From Bacteroidota bacterium (GTDB lineage: Bacteria > Bacteroidota > Ignavibacteria > UBA10030): 64,000 nt of DNA. Position 1 is the stretch's first letter. Each line of letters starts with the position of its first letter. The position numbers were made by a program, and so were the translations under genes. Below the pieces are notes generated by a model. It ran no database searches and was not told the origin of the DNA. It saw only the letters and a program-made list of their open reading frames with translations. Below, piece by piece: positions 27,204 through 35,747 of this stretch. Where the stretch lies: NCBI GenBank assembly GCA_041695045.1, contig JBGFRR010000164.1, positions 6,268 to 70,267 on the forward strand, read 5' to 3'.

Positions 27204-27591
27204 ACATGCGCCTGATTTTATTCCTATTTTTTCGTGCTGTTGTGTATGAAGCTGTGAAGATTGCTGTTAACTCTGAAGACTCCTGAATACATTCCTTAAA
27301 CACCTCATCCCCAATCGAACCGGATTCGTGCAGCAGCTCAAGCCAGTATTGGGTTTCGTCAGCCTCCTCCTGCACATCGTGCATTTTTGAAACGAACTCC
27401 GCACGTGTCTGAGCCCGACAAGCCGCCCGATAATTGGCTCCCACTGATGTAGCAGACCGGATGACCTGCCTTGCAATAATATCAGCAGATCTCTTCCCCG
27501 GCAGCGCATCTGCAAGTGCAATATTCTTTAACGCAAAACCTTTCGTCCGCTCCTTCAGATCACGAATCGCCTTCATTTTCTCCGGCAACAT
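27202..27591 (-). CDS. Four helix bundle protein (23S rRNA IVP / TIGR02436-like)
   Basis: DLKERTKGFA...QVIRSATSVGANYRAACRAQTRAEFVSK...EEADETQYWLELL; GGGGGA RBS before ATG 27591. Confidence 0.92.
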   Translation of the reverse strand: MLPEKMKAIRDLKERTKGFALKNIALADALPGKRSADIIARQVIRSATSVGANYRAACRAQTRAEFVSKMHDVQEEADETQYWLELLHESGSIGDEVFKECIQESSELTAIFTASYTTARKNRNKIRRM

Positions 27592-27679
27592 GCTTCCCCC
27601 TTCTGGTGTTCTAACCAACCGAACTATGGCCACCATTGGTAAGCGATGACCTAAAAACCAATCATCGCCGTCAAGACAC

Positions 27680-27707
27680 AAAAAGCCTGTCAGAAAGCTA
27701 ACAGGCT
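27680..27707 (-). terminator. Terminator-like hairpin on minus strand upstream of four-helix-bundle gene
   Basis: AGCCTGTTAG-CTTT-CTGACAGGCT followed by TTTTGTGT on the minus strand. Confidence 0.55.
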
Positions 27708-27724
27708 GTGCAGCAGGCGCACCG

Positions 27725-27753
27725 AAGATACTGCTTCTTCTCCCCAAAGGCAA
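27725..27753 (-). promoter_or_regulatory. Candidate sigma70-type promoter
   Basis: TTGCCT-17 nt-TATCTT on the minus strand; motif match only. Confidence 0.35.
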
Positions 27754-27905
27754 GCTTCGCTTGTTGGAGGGTGAACACGATGCTAAGACGACCAGAAATT
27801 TCCGCGGGTTGATGAAGCACGATTGCAAGTCACCCCCCTTTTGAGTACCTTCTTGTCATCATTCTTCTTGATTCGAGACAAATCTTCCACCGACGTAGAC
27901 TCCCC

Positions 27906-28286
27906 ATGAAGCACATCGGCATCAAGAAGCTGTATTATTCCATCAGCGAGGTGAGCAAGATTACCGGATTAGAGCAGTATGTGCTCCGATACTGGGAATC
28001 AGAGTTCCCTCAGCTCAAGCCCGCGAAAAATCGGGCCGGAAACAGAATCTATACAAACAAGGACATCAAGCTCATCAACACCATCAAAGATCTCTTGAGG
28101 GACAAGAAGTACACCATCGGGGGAGCAAAGAAGGTGTTAGAGGGTTATGCTCCTGATCCGGAAGCGGGAGAACAGCTTTCGTTGCTTGATGCTTCTCCCA
28201 AGAAGAAAATTCAGGACGAAGAAATCCGAGCCGAGATGATGGAGGTGAAGGAATTTCTTGAGGGGATGTTGAGCAGGCTGAGGTAA
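27906..28286 (+). CDS. MerR family transcriptional regulator
   Basis: YYSISEVS...YVLRYWESEFPQLKP...GNRIY; the MerR subtype commonly found next to tRNA-Pro(GGG). Confidence 0.92.
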   Translation: MKHIGIKKLYYSISEVSKITGLEQYVLRYWESEFPQLKPAKNRAGNRIYTNKDIKLINTIKDLLRDKKYTIGGAKKVLEGYAPDPEAGEQLSLLDASPKKKIQDEEIRAEMMEVKEFLEGMLSRLR

Positions 28287-28322
28287 GCGTAATTTTGGGA
28301 CGGGACCCGGTAGCGCACCGCG

Positions 28323-28593
28323 ATGTTTTACGGGTATATACTTCACAGCGAGAAGACAGGAGAGTATTACACAGGTCAAACGAACGACCGTGAAGAGCGC
28401 GTGAAGATACACAATCGTGGAGAGGAGCGGGCGACGAGGGGGTGGCCGACCGTGGAAGCTCGTTTACCGGAAGGAGTTTGTAACCCGCAGTGAAGCAGTG
28501 TTGTGGGAACGTTCAGTGAAGGCGCGTAAGAAGCGGTCGTACATTGAGAAATTGATTCAAGAGTATTCTTCGGGACGTGGCGCAGCCCGGTAG
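28323..28593 (+). pseudogene. Small GIY-YIG nuclease, frameshifted (missing from ORF track)
   Basis: MFYGYILHSEKTGEYYTGQTNDREERVKIHNRG..., then +1 shift at G-run 28438-28442 to GRPWKLVYRKEFVTRSEAVLWERSVKARKKRSYIEKLI; stop TAG falls inside tRNA-Pro. Confidence 0.85.
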
Positions 28594-28644
28594 CGCACTT
28601 GCTTGGGGTGCAAGGGGTCGCGGGTTCAAATCCCGCCGTCCCGA
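28571..28644 (+). tRNA. tRNA-Pro (GGG)
   Basis: CGGGACGTGGCGCAGCCCGGTAGCGCACTTGCTTGGGGTGCAAGGGGTCGCGGGTTCAAATCCCGCCGTCCCGA; arm CTTGC-TTGGGGT-GCAAG. Confidence 0.96.
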
Positions 28645-28652
28645 CGAAATGT

Positions 28653-29042
28653 ATGCCAGACGCCAGAACAACAAAACACATCATTCTGGTTGGCGATAAA
28701 GTTCTCATCGCCCCCGACCGCGAGCAGGACCGAACCGCGCACGGGCTTTACCTCCCTCCGGGCGTGAAGGAGAAAGAAAAGGTGCAAAGCGGCGTCGTCG
28801 TCCGTGTGGGGCCGGGGTATGCAGTTCCCAATCCGCAGTTCATCGACCAAGAGCCGTGGTCAACCACTCCTAAAGAGCCGGTAAAGTACATTCCGCTTCA
28901 AGCCGAAGAAGGCGACTACGCTCTGTTTCTTCGCGACTCTGCGATCGAGATCGAGTATGAAGAGCGCAAGTACCTCATCGTTGCGCACTCGTCCATTCTG
29001 ATGGTGATCCGGCAAACGGGGTTTCCGGAATTAGGCGCGTAA
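28653..29042 (+). CDS. Stand-alone GroES-family co-chaperonin
   Basis: VGDKVLI...GLYLPPGVKEKEKVQSGVVVRVGPG...EGDYALF; no groEL adjacent. Confidence 0.85.
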   Translation: MPDARTTKHIILVGDKVLIAPDREQDRTAHGLYLPPGVKEKEKVQSGVVVRVGPGYAVPNPQFIDQEPWSTTPKEPVKYIPLQAEEGDYALFLRDSAIEIEYEERKYLIVAHSSILMVIRQTGFPELGA

Positions 29043-29312
29043 GTGACCGTTGTGAGGCAAGACCTTCGATTGTTTAGCCACGAGAATCTCCTGGCACAGA
29101 TGCAAACGGCGGAGTACAACAATGGATACTATGTGCTGGAGTTCTACGCCGCCAACGGAAAGCCTTCCAAGGAACCGACAGATACTATCGAGAAGTTTTA
29201 TCTCTATCCGTCCGGTGGAACACTTCGTGACGCGGCTTTTCAATTGATTTTTTATGATTCGCGCTACGACACCTACCGCGGCTTTAAGCCGCCCCATGTG
29301 CAAAACGTGTAA
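29043..29312 (+). CDS. Hypothetical protein
   Basis: Abuts the preceding gene, coding-like composition; no motif recognised. Confidence 0.65.
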   Translation: MTVVRQDLRLFSHENLLAQMQTAEYNNGYYVLEFYAANGKPSKEPTDTIEKFYLYPSGGTLRDAAFQLIFYDSRYDTYRGFKPPHVQNV

Positions 29313-29360
29313 GTTCGAGCTTCGAGCTCAAGAGCCTGTAACGACGAAAGGAGGCACCCG

Positions 29361-29795
29361 ATGTACGATTTACTGATTCAACAGATGCGAGACGAGGTAA
29401 CCCGACTCGGCGCGCAAGAACTCCGAACACCCGAAGAGGTCGATGCTGTCATCCCCAACGCACAAGGCACAATGCTCGTCGTTGTAAACTCCGTGTGCGG
29501 GTGTGCGGCCGGTGCTGCTCGACCCGGACTGGCAAAGGCGCTGCAGCATAGCGTCAAGCCAAAGAAGATTGTCACGGTTTTTGCAGGTCAGGATAAGGAA
29601 GCGACTGCACGGGCGCGCGAATACTTTCTTGGCCATCCGCCGTCATCGCCATCGTTTGCACTGATGCGGGAAGGAACGGTAGTGGACATGATCCACCGCT
29701 ACGAAATTGAGGGACGCACGCCGGATCAAATTGCCGCCCGGCTCGTCCAATCGTTCGAACAGCATTGCACTGTCGAATCACGCCACGCGGTCTAA
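29361..29795 (+). CDS. BrxA/BrxB family bacilliredoxin
   Basis: VVNSVCGCAAGAARPG, TVFAGQDKEAT, PPSSPSFAL; GGAGG RBS. Confidence 0.93.
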   Translation: MYDLLIQQMRDEVTRLGAQELRTPEEVDAVIPNAQGTMLVVVNSVCGCAAGAARPGLAKALQHSVKPKKIVTVFAGQDKEATARAREYFLGHPPSSPSFALMREGTVVDMIHRYEIEGRTPDQIAARLVQSFEQHCTVESRHAV

Positions 29796-29819
29796 GAAGT
29801 TGCTGTTACAGCATAAGGA

Positions 29820-29851
29820 GAAGAGGGCTACTCCGGTAGCCCTCTTCGTTT
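29820..29851 (+). terminator. Hairpin terminator after bacilliredoxin
   Basis: GAAGAGGGCTAC-TCCG-GTAGCCCTCTTC-GTTT. Confidence 0.6.
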
Positions 29852-29858
29852 CCAAGGC

Positions 29859-29925
29859 ATGATTCTCGGTATTCATCATATTACCCTCGTGTGCGCCAAT
29901 GCACAGCGAACGGTTGATTTCTACC
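29859..29925 (+). pseudogene. 5' remnant of VOC/ring-cleaving dioxygenase (MhqO-like)
   Basis: MILGIHHITLVCANAQRTVDFY, then similarity is lost. Confidence 0.65.
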
Positions 29926-29978
29926 CCGCGTGCTTGGCAATCCGAGATCGAATCATCCCTTGTGCCGTTCTCCATCGC

Positions 29979-30650
29979 ATGAATCTATCGATCACAACCT
30001 CGTTACACCATGTCCTCATCCCGCCGCGCAGTGGGGGTTCGGGTCCTCACCCGACGCTGCTGATGCTGCACGGCCGCGGCGCTGATGAGAACGACCTGCT
30101 GGGGCTCGCTGACTATCTTGACCCGCGTCTTCTTACCATCAGCGCGCAAGCGCCGTTTCGCTTCCCCTACGGAGGCTATACGTGGTACGAAATCCTCGAA
30201 GTCGGCACACCGGAGCCGCGCCAGTTTACCGAGAGCTACGACCGTCTCACACAGTTCCTTTCCGACATCAAGCGTTCATATCCCATCGGCGAGAAACGCC
30301 TCTTCCTGTTGGGCTTCAGCATGGGCACCGTCATGTCGTACGCTCTGGCGCTCACAAGACCGGATGAAATTGCGGGTGTAGTCGCGCACAGCGGGTATAT
30401 CCCGGAAGGCACACACCTGACATTCGCCTGGGACAAGATCGGTAACACGGGATTCTTCGTTGCACACGGCACGATGGATCCGGTCATTCCGGTCGCATTT
30501 GCCCGCCGCGCACGGGAAGTGCTGACAGAAGCGAAAGTAGACCTCACCTACCGCGAGTACCCCATCGCGCATTATGTGAGCGAACAAAGTCTCGCCGACC
30601 TTGCGGCATGGCTTGAGCATCGTCTTGCTGTTAACGGTTTGAAAAAGTAG
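29979..30650 (+). CDS. Phospholipase/carboxylesterase (alpha/beta hydrolase, MhqD-like)
   Basis: LHGRGADE, GFSMG, HGTMDPVIP, IAH. Confidence 0.9.
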   Translation: MNLSITTSLHHVLIPPRSGGSGPHPTLLMLHGRGADENDLLGLADYLDPRLLTISAQAPFRFPYGGYTWYEILEVGTPEPRQFTESYDRLTQFLSDIKRSYPIGEKRLFLLGFSMGTVMSYALALTRPDEIAGVVAHSGYIPEGTHLTFAWDKIGNTGFFVAHGTMDPVIPVAFARRAREVLTEAKVDLTYREYPIAHYVSEQSLADLAAWLEHRLAVNGLKK

Positions 30651-30690
30651 ATTACGTTCACTCATCACACACGTCAAGAGAGCGGTTCAG

Positions 30691-31881
30691 ATGTCCATCA
30701 CTCGTCGATCATTCTTCAAAGCCGGCTTAGCGCTTCCTGTTGCTATCACATCAGCACACGGAGCGAAGAGCGCGCGAGGGGAGTACTCTTCGTTCGACCC
30801 CTGGGTTGAGGTCAACCGCGGGCATCTCGTTCACAACGCGCGGGAAATTGCACGACGAGTTGACGGCCGGCCGATCATTGCTGTCATCAAGAACAACGGT
30901 TACGGCCTCGGTTTGGTTGAGGTGGCGGAGTCGCTCGAGTCGCTTCAGCATGTCTGGGGATTCGCCGTCGTCAAGCTTCAGGAGGCGGTCCGCTTGCGTG
31001 AGGCAGGAATCGAAAAGCCCATCTTGCTCATGGGTCCTTTTACGGCGGAAGAGCTTCAGGAATGCATCCAGCGCGCTCTTACGCCGATGCTGTACACCGA
31101 CCGAGGAGCGGAATTGGAGCGACTGGCGCAACAACATCGACGCCCGATCTCGATCCACGTGTGTATCGATACGGGAATTGGAAGAGTGGGAGTTCCGTTT
31201 CGCGATGCAGAACGGTTTGTGAAGGAACTCGTGCAACGCAAAGGCGTTCACATCGAAGGGATGATGATGACGTTTACGGAAGACCCTGAGTTGGATCTCG
31301 AGCAAATTAAGCGGTTCGAATCTGTGTGCACTAATCTTCAGCGTGCCGGTGTTGATGTGGGGAAGAAGCATGCGGTGTCGAGCTTTGGATTGTTCGAACA
31401 TCCCGCCGCGTTCTTCGACATGGTTCGACCGGGGATGGCGCTGTTTGGTGTCTATCCTGAGAAGAAGTTCCGAACAACCGGCATCATGGACTTGCATCCC
31501 GCTGTAGCGTTGAGATGCCGCGTCATATACGTGAAGCAACTCCAACCCGGCGACACGGCGGGATACAACCGCGCGTACACGGCCAAGCATGACGTGTGGA
31601 TGGCAACGCTTCCGGTGGGTCACGCGGACGGACTCCCGCGTGTTGTGGCCAAAGGAGCGAAGGTTCGACTCGGCAATTCGTTGTATCCCATTGTTGCCAT
31701 CTCGGCGAGCCATTGCATTGTTGAATTAGGGGCAAACGCATCGGTTCGGATCGGCGATGTGGCCACCGTGTTCGATTGGGAGAGTGGTTCCCGCCCTGAG
31801 GATGTGTCCGAATCATGTGGCGCGTCCGTGTACGATCTCACCATGCACCTGAACCCATTGTTGCCCCGTCGCATTGTGTAG
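30691..31881 (+). CDS. Alanine racemase-family protein with Tat signal
   Basis: ITRRSFFK twin-arginine; AVIKNNGYGLG (PLP Lys), IDTGIGRVG, MVRPGMALFG, AGYNRAY. Confidence 0.88.
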   Translation: MSITRRSFFKAGLALPVAITSAHGAKSARGEYSSFDPWVEVNRGHLVHNAREIARRVDGRPIIAVIKNNGYGLGLVEVAESLESLQHVWGFAVVKLQEAVRLREAGIEKPILLMGPFTAEELQECIQRALTPMLYTDRGAELERLAQQHRRPISIHVCIDTGIGRVGVPFRDAERFVKELVQRKGVHIEGMMMTFTEDPELDLEQIKRFESVCTNLQRAGVDVGKKHAVSSFGLFEHPAAFFDMVRPGMALFGVYPEKKFRTTGIMDLHPAVALRCRVIYVKQLQPGDTAGYNRAYTAKHDVWMATLPVGHADGLPRVVAKGAKVRLGNSLYPIVAISASHCIVELGANASVRIGDVATVFDWESGSRPEDVSESCGASVYDLTMHLNPLLPRRIV

Positions 31882-31893
31882 CATGGAATCCGC

Positions 31894-32802
31894 ATGAAGC
31901 GACCCCGAAAGAAAACACGCACCTCGGCGTTCGGCACGAGCGGCCGCATCAGCCACGATTCGTCCGCATTCTACAACAGCAGGCTCTACGAAGGCATCTC
32001 CTCACGCTCCGGTATCTCGGTATCCGAGACATTGCTCCCGACCGACCGGCTCGACCGCATTTACCAGAAGAGCAGCGAGGCAATGGACGAACTACCGGAC
32101 GCGAGCGTTCATCTCATGATTACCTCGCCGCCCTATAACGTCTCGAAAGAGTACGACGAGAATCTCACGCTTCAGGAATACCGCGTGCTCATCAAGTCCG
32201 TACTGCGCGAGACTTACCGTGTTCTTGTCGGTGGCGGCCGCGCGTGCATCAACGTCGCCAACGTCGGGCGCAAGCCGTACATCCCGCTGCATCTTTTTAT
32301 CACGCAGGATATGTTGGAGCTTGGCTTTGCGATGCGGGGCGAGATTATCTGGAATAAAGGGAGCAGCGCCGGGCCATCGACGGCCTGGGGAAGCTGGAAG
32401 TCGGCATCAAACCCGACCTTGCGTGACGTGCATGAATACATCCTCGTGTTTTCCAAGAGCGACTTCTCGCGCAACGGCTCGAGGCGTAGGAGCACAATCG
32501 GGCGGGATGAATTCTTAGAGCTCACGAAGAGCATTTGGACATTTCCTGCGGAATCGGCACGCCGCGTTGGACATCCTGCACCGTTTCCCGTTGAACTGCC
32601 CCGGCGGCTCATTCAGCTCTACAGTTTTGAAGGGGACGTTGTGCTCGACCCGTTCGCCGGAAGCGGCTCGACGTGCATTGCTGCATTGCAGTCGGGACGC
32701 CGCTTCGTCGGCTACGAGAAGAACACCTCCTACGCGCGCCTTGCCAGGCACCGCATCGCCCAAGAGCGTACGCAAATTGACCCCGATTTATCGGGGGAAT
32801 AA
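31894..32802 (+). CDS. Beta-class DNA methyltransferase (SPPY; likely N4-cytosine), orphan
   Basis: ITSPPY before HPAPFP and VLDPFAGSGST; no endonuclease adjacent. Confidence 0.92.
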   Translation: MKRPRKKTRTSAFGTSGRISHDSSAFYNSRLYEGISSRSGISVSETLLPTDRLDRIYQKSSEAMDELPDASVHLMITSPPYNVSKEYDENLTLQEYRVLIKSVLRETYRVLVGGGRACINVANVGRKPYIPLHLFITQDMLELGFAMRGEIIWNKGSSAGPSTAWGSWKSASNPTLRDVHEYILVFSKSDFSRNGSRRRSTIGRDEFLELTKSIWTFPAESARRVGHPAPFPVELPRRLIQLYSFEGDVVLDPFAGSGSTCIAALQSGRRFVGYEKNTSYARLARHRIAQERTQIDPDLSGE

Positions 32803-32859
32803 TTCCCGTATATTGCGCCCCGTCTCTTCTCGTTCAGTTTCAACAACCGAGTATCTCGC

Positions 32860-34044
32860 ATGACACGATATCGTTCGCTTCCTCATTTCTTCTTCATTCT
32901 CCTCACAGTCATCCTCTCTGCGTGTTCATCCGTCAACCATCTCACGCGAGAAGATGAAGCCATCACGTCGTCCCTCCAGTCGGTGAAGGAACGCCACGCC
33001 CCCGACCGCCGCATTCGTGTCTTCGATATTACGTGGGAGCGACGGGGAAGTCAGCTCGTCGTCAAAGGTGAAGTTGATAATGCAGCGGCGCGTGAGGACG
33101 CGGTGTCGGCGATTCGCGCCACGATGGGACGGGACGTGATCGACAGCGTGCGCGTCTTACCGGATGAAACATTAGGCCAACGACGATTCGGCATTGTGAC
33201 GGTGAGCGTTGCCAACATGCGTTCTCGACCGGCACAGCCGGCCGAGCTCGCCACGCAAGTGCTCATGGGGATGGTGGTCAAGCTGCTGAAATATGAAGGA
33301 GGGTGGTATTACGTTCAATCGCATGACCAATATCTCTCCTGGTTAGAGCCGGACGCGATGGTTGTTACCGACCGCGCCGGTGTAGAAGCGTGGGAACAGA
33401 CACAGAAGGTAATTGTAACGGAGCCATACGGTCTCGTACGACAGAAGCCCGACCGCAACGCATTCCCTGTGTCCGACCTTGTTGCAGGCGCGTTGCTCAA
33501 AAAGAAAGGGACGGACGGCGGGTGGGTAAAGGTAGCCTTGCCGGATAGCACGGAAGGATTTGTTGAGCAAGCGATTGTGGAGGACGAATCAACTTGGCGG
33601 GCGACACGCGTCGCGAGCCCTGAGACCATCGAGCGCACCGCAATGCGGTTCTTGGGTGTGCCGTACCTCTGGGGCGGCACGTCCGTGAAGGGAATGGATT
33701 GTTCCGGCTTCACGAAGACCGTCTTCCGTCTGAACGGGATGGAGTTGAACCGCGACGCCAACCAGCAGGCGCTCATGGGAGAAGAGGTTGTCATTGATGA
33801 ACAGTTCAACAATTTGAGAACAGGCGACCTGCTTTTCTTCGGCCGCAAAGCCACGGCAGACCGGCCGGAACGCATCACGCACGTCGCCATCTATGTGGGT
33901 AACAAAGAGTACATCCATGCGCCCGGTGGGGCCCGCGTGCGCATCAATAGCTTTGACCCCGCGGCGCCGAACTTCAGCCAGTCGCTGCTCACATCGTTCG
34001 TTCGCGCGCGGCGGGTGCTCATCGACCAACGCAAGCCCAGTTAA
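32860..34044 (+). CDS. SH3 + NlpC/P60 (C40) peptidase lipoprotein, YkfC-like
   Basis: Lipobox LSAC; SH3-like ELATQVLMG; GVPYLWGGTSVKGMDCSGF, THVAIY, YIHA. Confidence 0.92.
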   Translation: MTRYRSLPHFFFILLTVILSACSSVNHLTREDEAITSSLQSVKERHAPDRRIRVFDITWERRGSQLVVKGEVDNAAAREDAVSAIRATMGRDVIDSVRVLPDETLGQRRFGIVTVSVANMRSRPAQPAELATQVLMGMVVKLLKYEGGWYYVQSHDQYLSWLEPDAMVVTDRAGVEAWEQTQKVIVTEPYGLVRQKPDRNAFPVSDLVAGALLKKKGTDGGWVKVALPDSTEGFVEQAIVEDESTWRATRVASPETIERTAMRFLGVPYLWGGTSVKGMDCSGFTKTVFRLNGMELNRDANQQALMGEEVVIDEQFNNLRTGDLLFFGRKATADRPERITHVAIYVGNKEYIHAPGGARVRINSFDPAAPNFSQSLLTSFVRARRVLIDQRKPS

Positions 34045-34062
34045 CAATCGGAAGGAAGACTC

Positions 34063-35238
34063 TTGCCCCTCATCGAAGACGGCAGCGCTGTCCTCGTCTA
34101 CCTCATCGTTCTCATCGGTTTCATTTTCTGGCTCAGCGATAAAGCGCTGCTTGCTCCGTTCTTCAAGTACATGCCCCCCGCTATCTGGGTCTACTTTCTT
34201 CCAATGCTCTCATCCAACCTCGGCCTCATCCCGCAATCGCATGACCTCTACGTCTGGGTCCGCACCTATCTTCTCCCCAGTGCGCTTGTACTGATGCTCC
34301 TCTCGGCAAATGTTCCGGCACTGGCAAAGTTAGGCGGGAAGGCCATCACAACGATGCTGGGGGGAACGGCAGGCGTGGCCATCGGCGCGGTTACAAGCTA
34401 TACCATCTTGCATCCAATGTTGCCGGAGGATGCGTGGCGGGGAATCGCAACGTTAACGGCCAGCTGGGTCGGCGGGGGCGCGAACATGGTTGCCGTTGCT
34501 TCCAGCGTCGGCACACCCGAGGCAATGCTCGGCCCGATCATCGTTGTCGATACCGTCGTCGGTTATGGATGGATGGGTGTGGTGATTGCGCTCTCGGTGT
34601 TCCAGAATCGGCTCGATCAAGTGAACAGAGTCGATCGTTCAATCGTTGATATGCTGAATGCCCGCATGGGAGAGTTAGATGAAGTACATCGCAGGCCGAT
34701 TTCCTTCCGAGACCTCACGATCATGATGGCGCTCGGGTTTGGCGTCGGGTATACGATGATAGCGCTGGGGAAATTGTTGCCCGAGCTTGACCCGGTGATC
34801 AACGCGTTCGGGTGGGGAATACTCCTTGCAACGGCGGCGGGGATTGTGCTCTCGTTCACCGGCCTCTCGAAGCTCGAATACGCCGGCGCCTCCACCGTCG
34901 GGAGCTTTCTCTTCTATCTGTTACTTGCCTCTATCGGTGCGCGTGCAGACTTGAAAGGCATTCTCGACGCGCCCTTCTTTGTGCTCGCAGGCATGATGAT
35001 TATTGTCATTCATGCAGCGCTGCTCTTCGCCGTCGGTCGTATGTTGCGTTCGCCCATGTTCCTGATGGCGACGGCGAGTCAGGCGAACATCGGCGGTCCG
35101 GTAACCGCCCCGATCGTAGCAACGGTCTACCAAAGCTCCCTCGCGCCGGTAGGATTGCTGATGGCGGTGATCGGCAGCATGCTCGGCACCGTTGTGGGCT
35201 TAGCGGTAGCGCAGGTGTGTTATTGGATTGGCGGGTGA
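34063..35238 (+). CDS. DUF819 family membrane protein
   Basis: SWVGGGANMVAV, ASQANIGGPVTAP; multiple TM segments. Confidence 0.88.
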   Translation: MPLIEDGSAVLVYLIVLIGFIFWLSDKALLAPFFKYMPPAIWVYFLPMLSSNLGLIPQSHDLYVWVRTYLLPSALVLMLLSANVPALAKLGGKAITTMLGGTAGVAIGAVTSYTILHPMLPEDAWRGIATLTASWVGGGANMVAVASSVGTPEAMLGPIIVVDTVVGYGWMGVVIALSVFQNRLDQVNRVDRSIVDMLNARMGELDEVHRRPISFRDLTIMMALGFGVGYTMIALGKLLPELDPVINAFGWGILLATAAGIVLSFTGLSKLEYAGASTVGSFLFYLLLASIGARADLKGILDAPFFVLAGMMIIVIHAALLFAVGRMLRSPMFLMATASQANIGGPVTAPIVATVYQSSLAPVGLLMAVIGSMLGTVVGLAVAQVCYWIGG

Positions 35239-35287
35239 GGAGGGGCACCTCACCGACGAGGTCACACGAGTTTACCTATCTTTATAA

Positions 35288-35411
35288 TGTCGCTCCTAAC
35301 GGAGCTTTTACAGTTGTTGTAGATTTGTGTTACCAAAATCTTGTCCCTACGGGACTTCGCAGGCGCTTCGTGAAGAGTGTACAAGCTCCGTAGGAGCGGA
35401 CTTTTGGTAGA
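35288..35411. repeat. REP-like hairpin cluster
   Basis: GCTCC-TAAC-GGAGC, GTCCC-TAC-GGGAC, GCTCC-GTA-GGAGC. Confidence 0.65.
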
Positions 35412-35435
35412 CCCATTGGATAAAAAAATACATAG

Positions 35436-35610
35436 TGTCGCGTCCCGAAAGTACGTTGAATAAATCCATGGAAAAGATTCAACCGCGAATCCTCGCGAAT
35501 TGAGTTCTTTTTGAAACCCATTAGCGCCAATTCGCGCCTGCCTGCCGGCAGGCAGGGCAGGCAGGTGGATTAGCGGTTACACTTTTTCAACGTATTTCTG
35601 GGACGCGACA
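35436..35610. mobile_element. MITE with ~23-bp imperfect TIR and ATAG duplication
   Basis: TGTCGCGTCCCGAAAGTACGTTGAA / TTCAACGTATTTCTGGGACGCGACA; ATAG at 35432-35435 and 35611-35614; inner CCTGCCTGCCGGCAGGCAGG palindrome. Confidence 0.8.
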
Positions 35611-35747
35611 ATAGCATCGGGGCGATAGTTTCATCCCTTAATCTGTTGAAAAATTCTTTCTCAAGTGAAGCAGGTAAACTCGTGGAGGTCATCCTTGCAT
35701 TCAATCGTAACAGTTCCTATCTTGACCATCCCAAAGCCGGAAGTCTT

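Noticed and set aside
27202-27591. Possible diversity-generating retroelement (Avd-like gene)
   Set aside because: No reverse transcriptase and no TR/VR pair with adenine-specific mismatches seen in the window.
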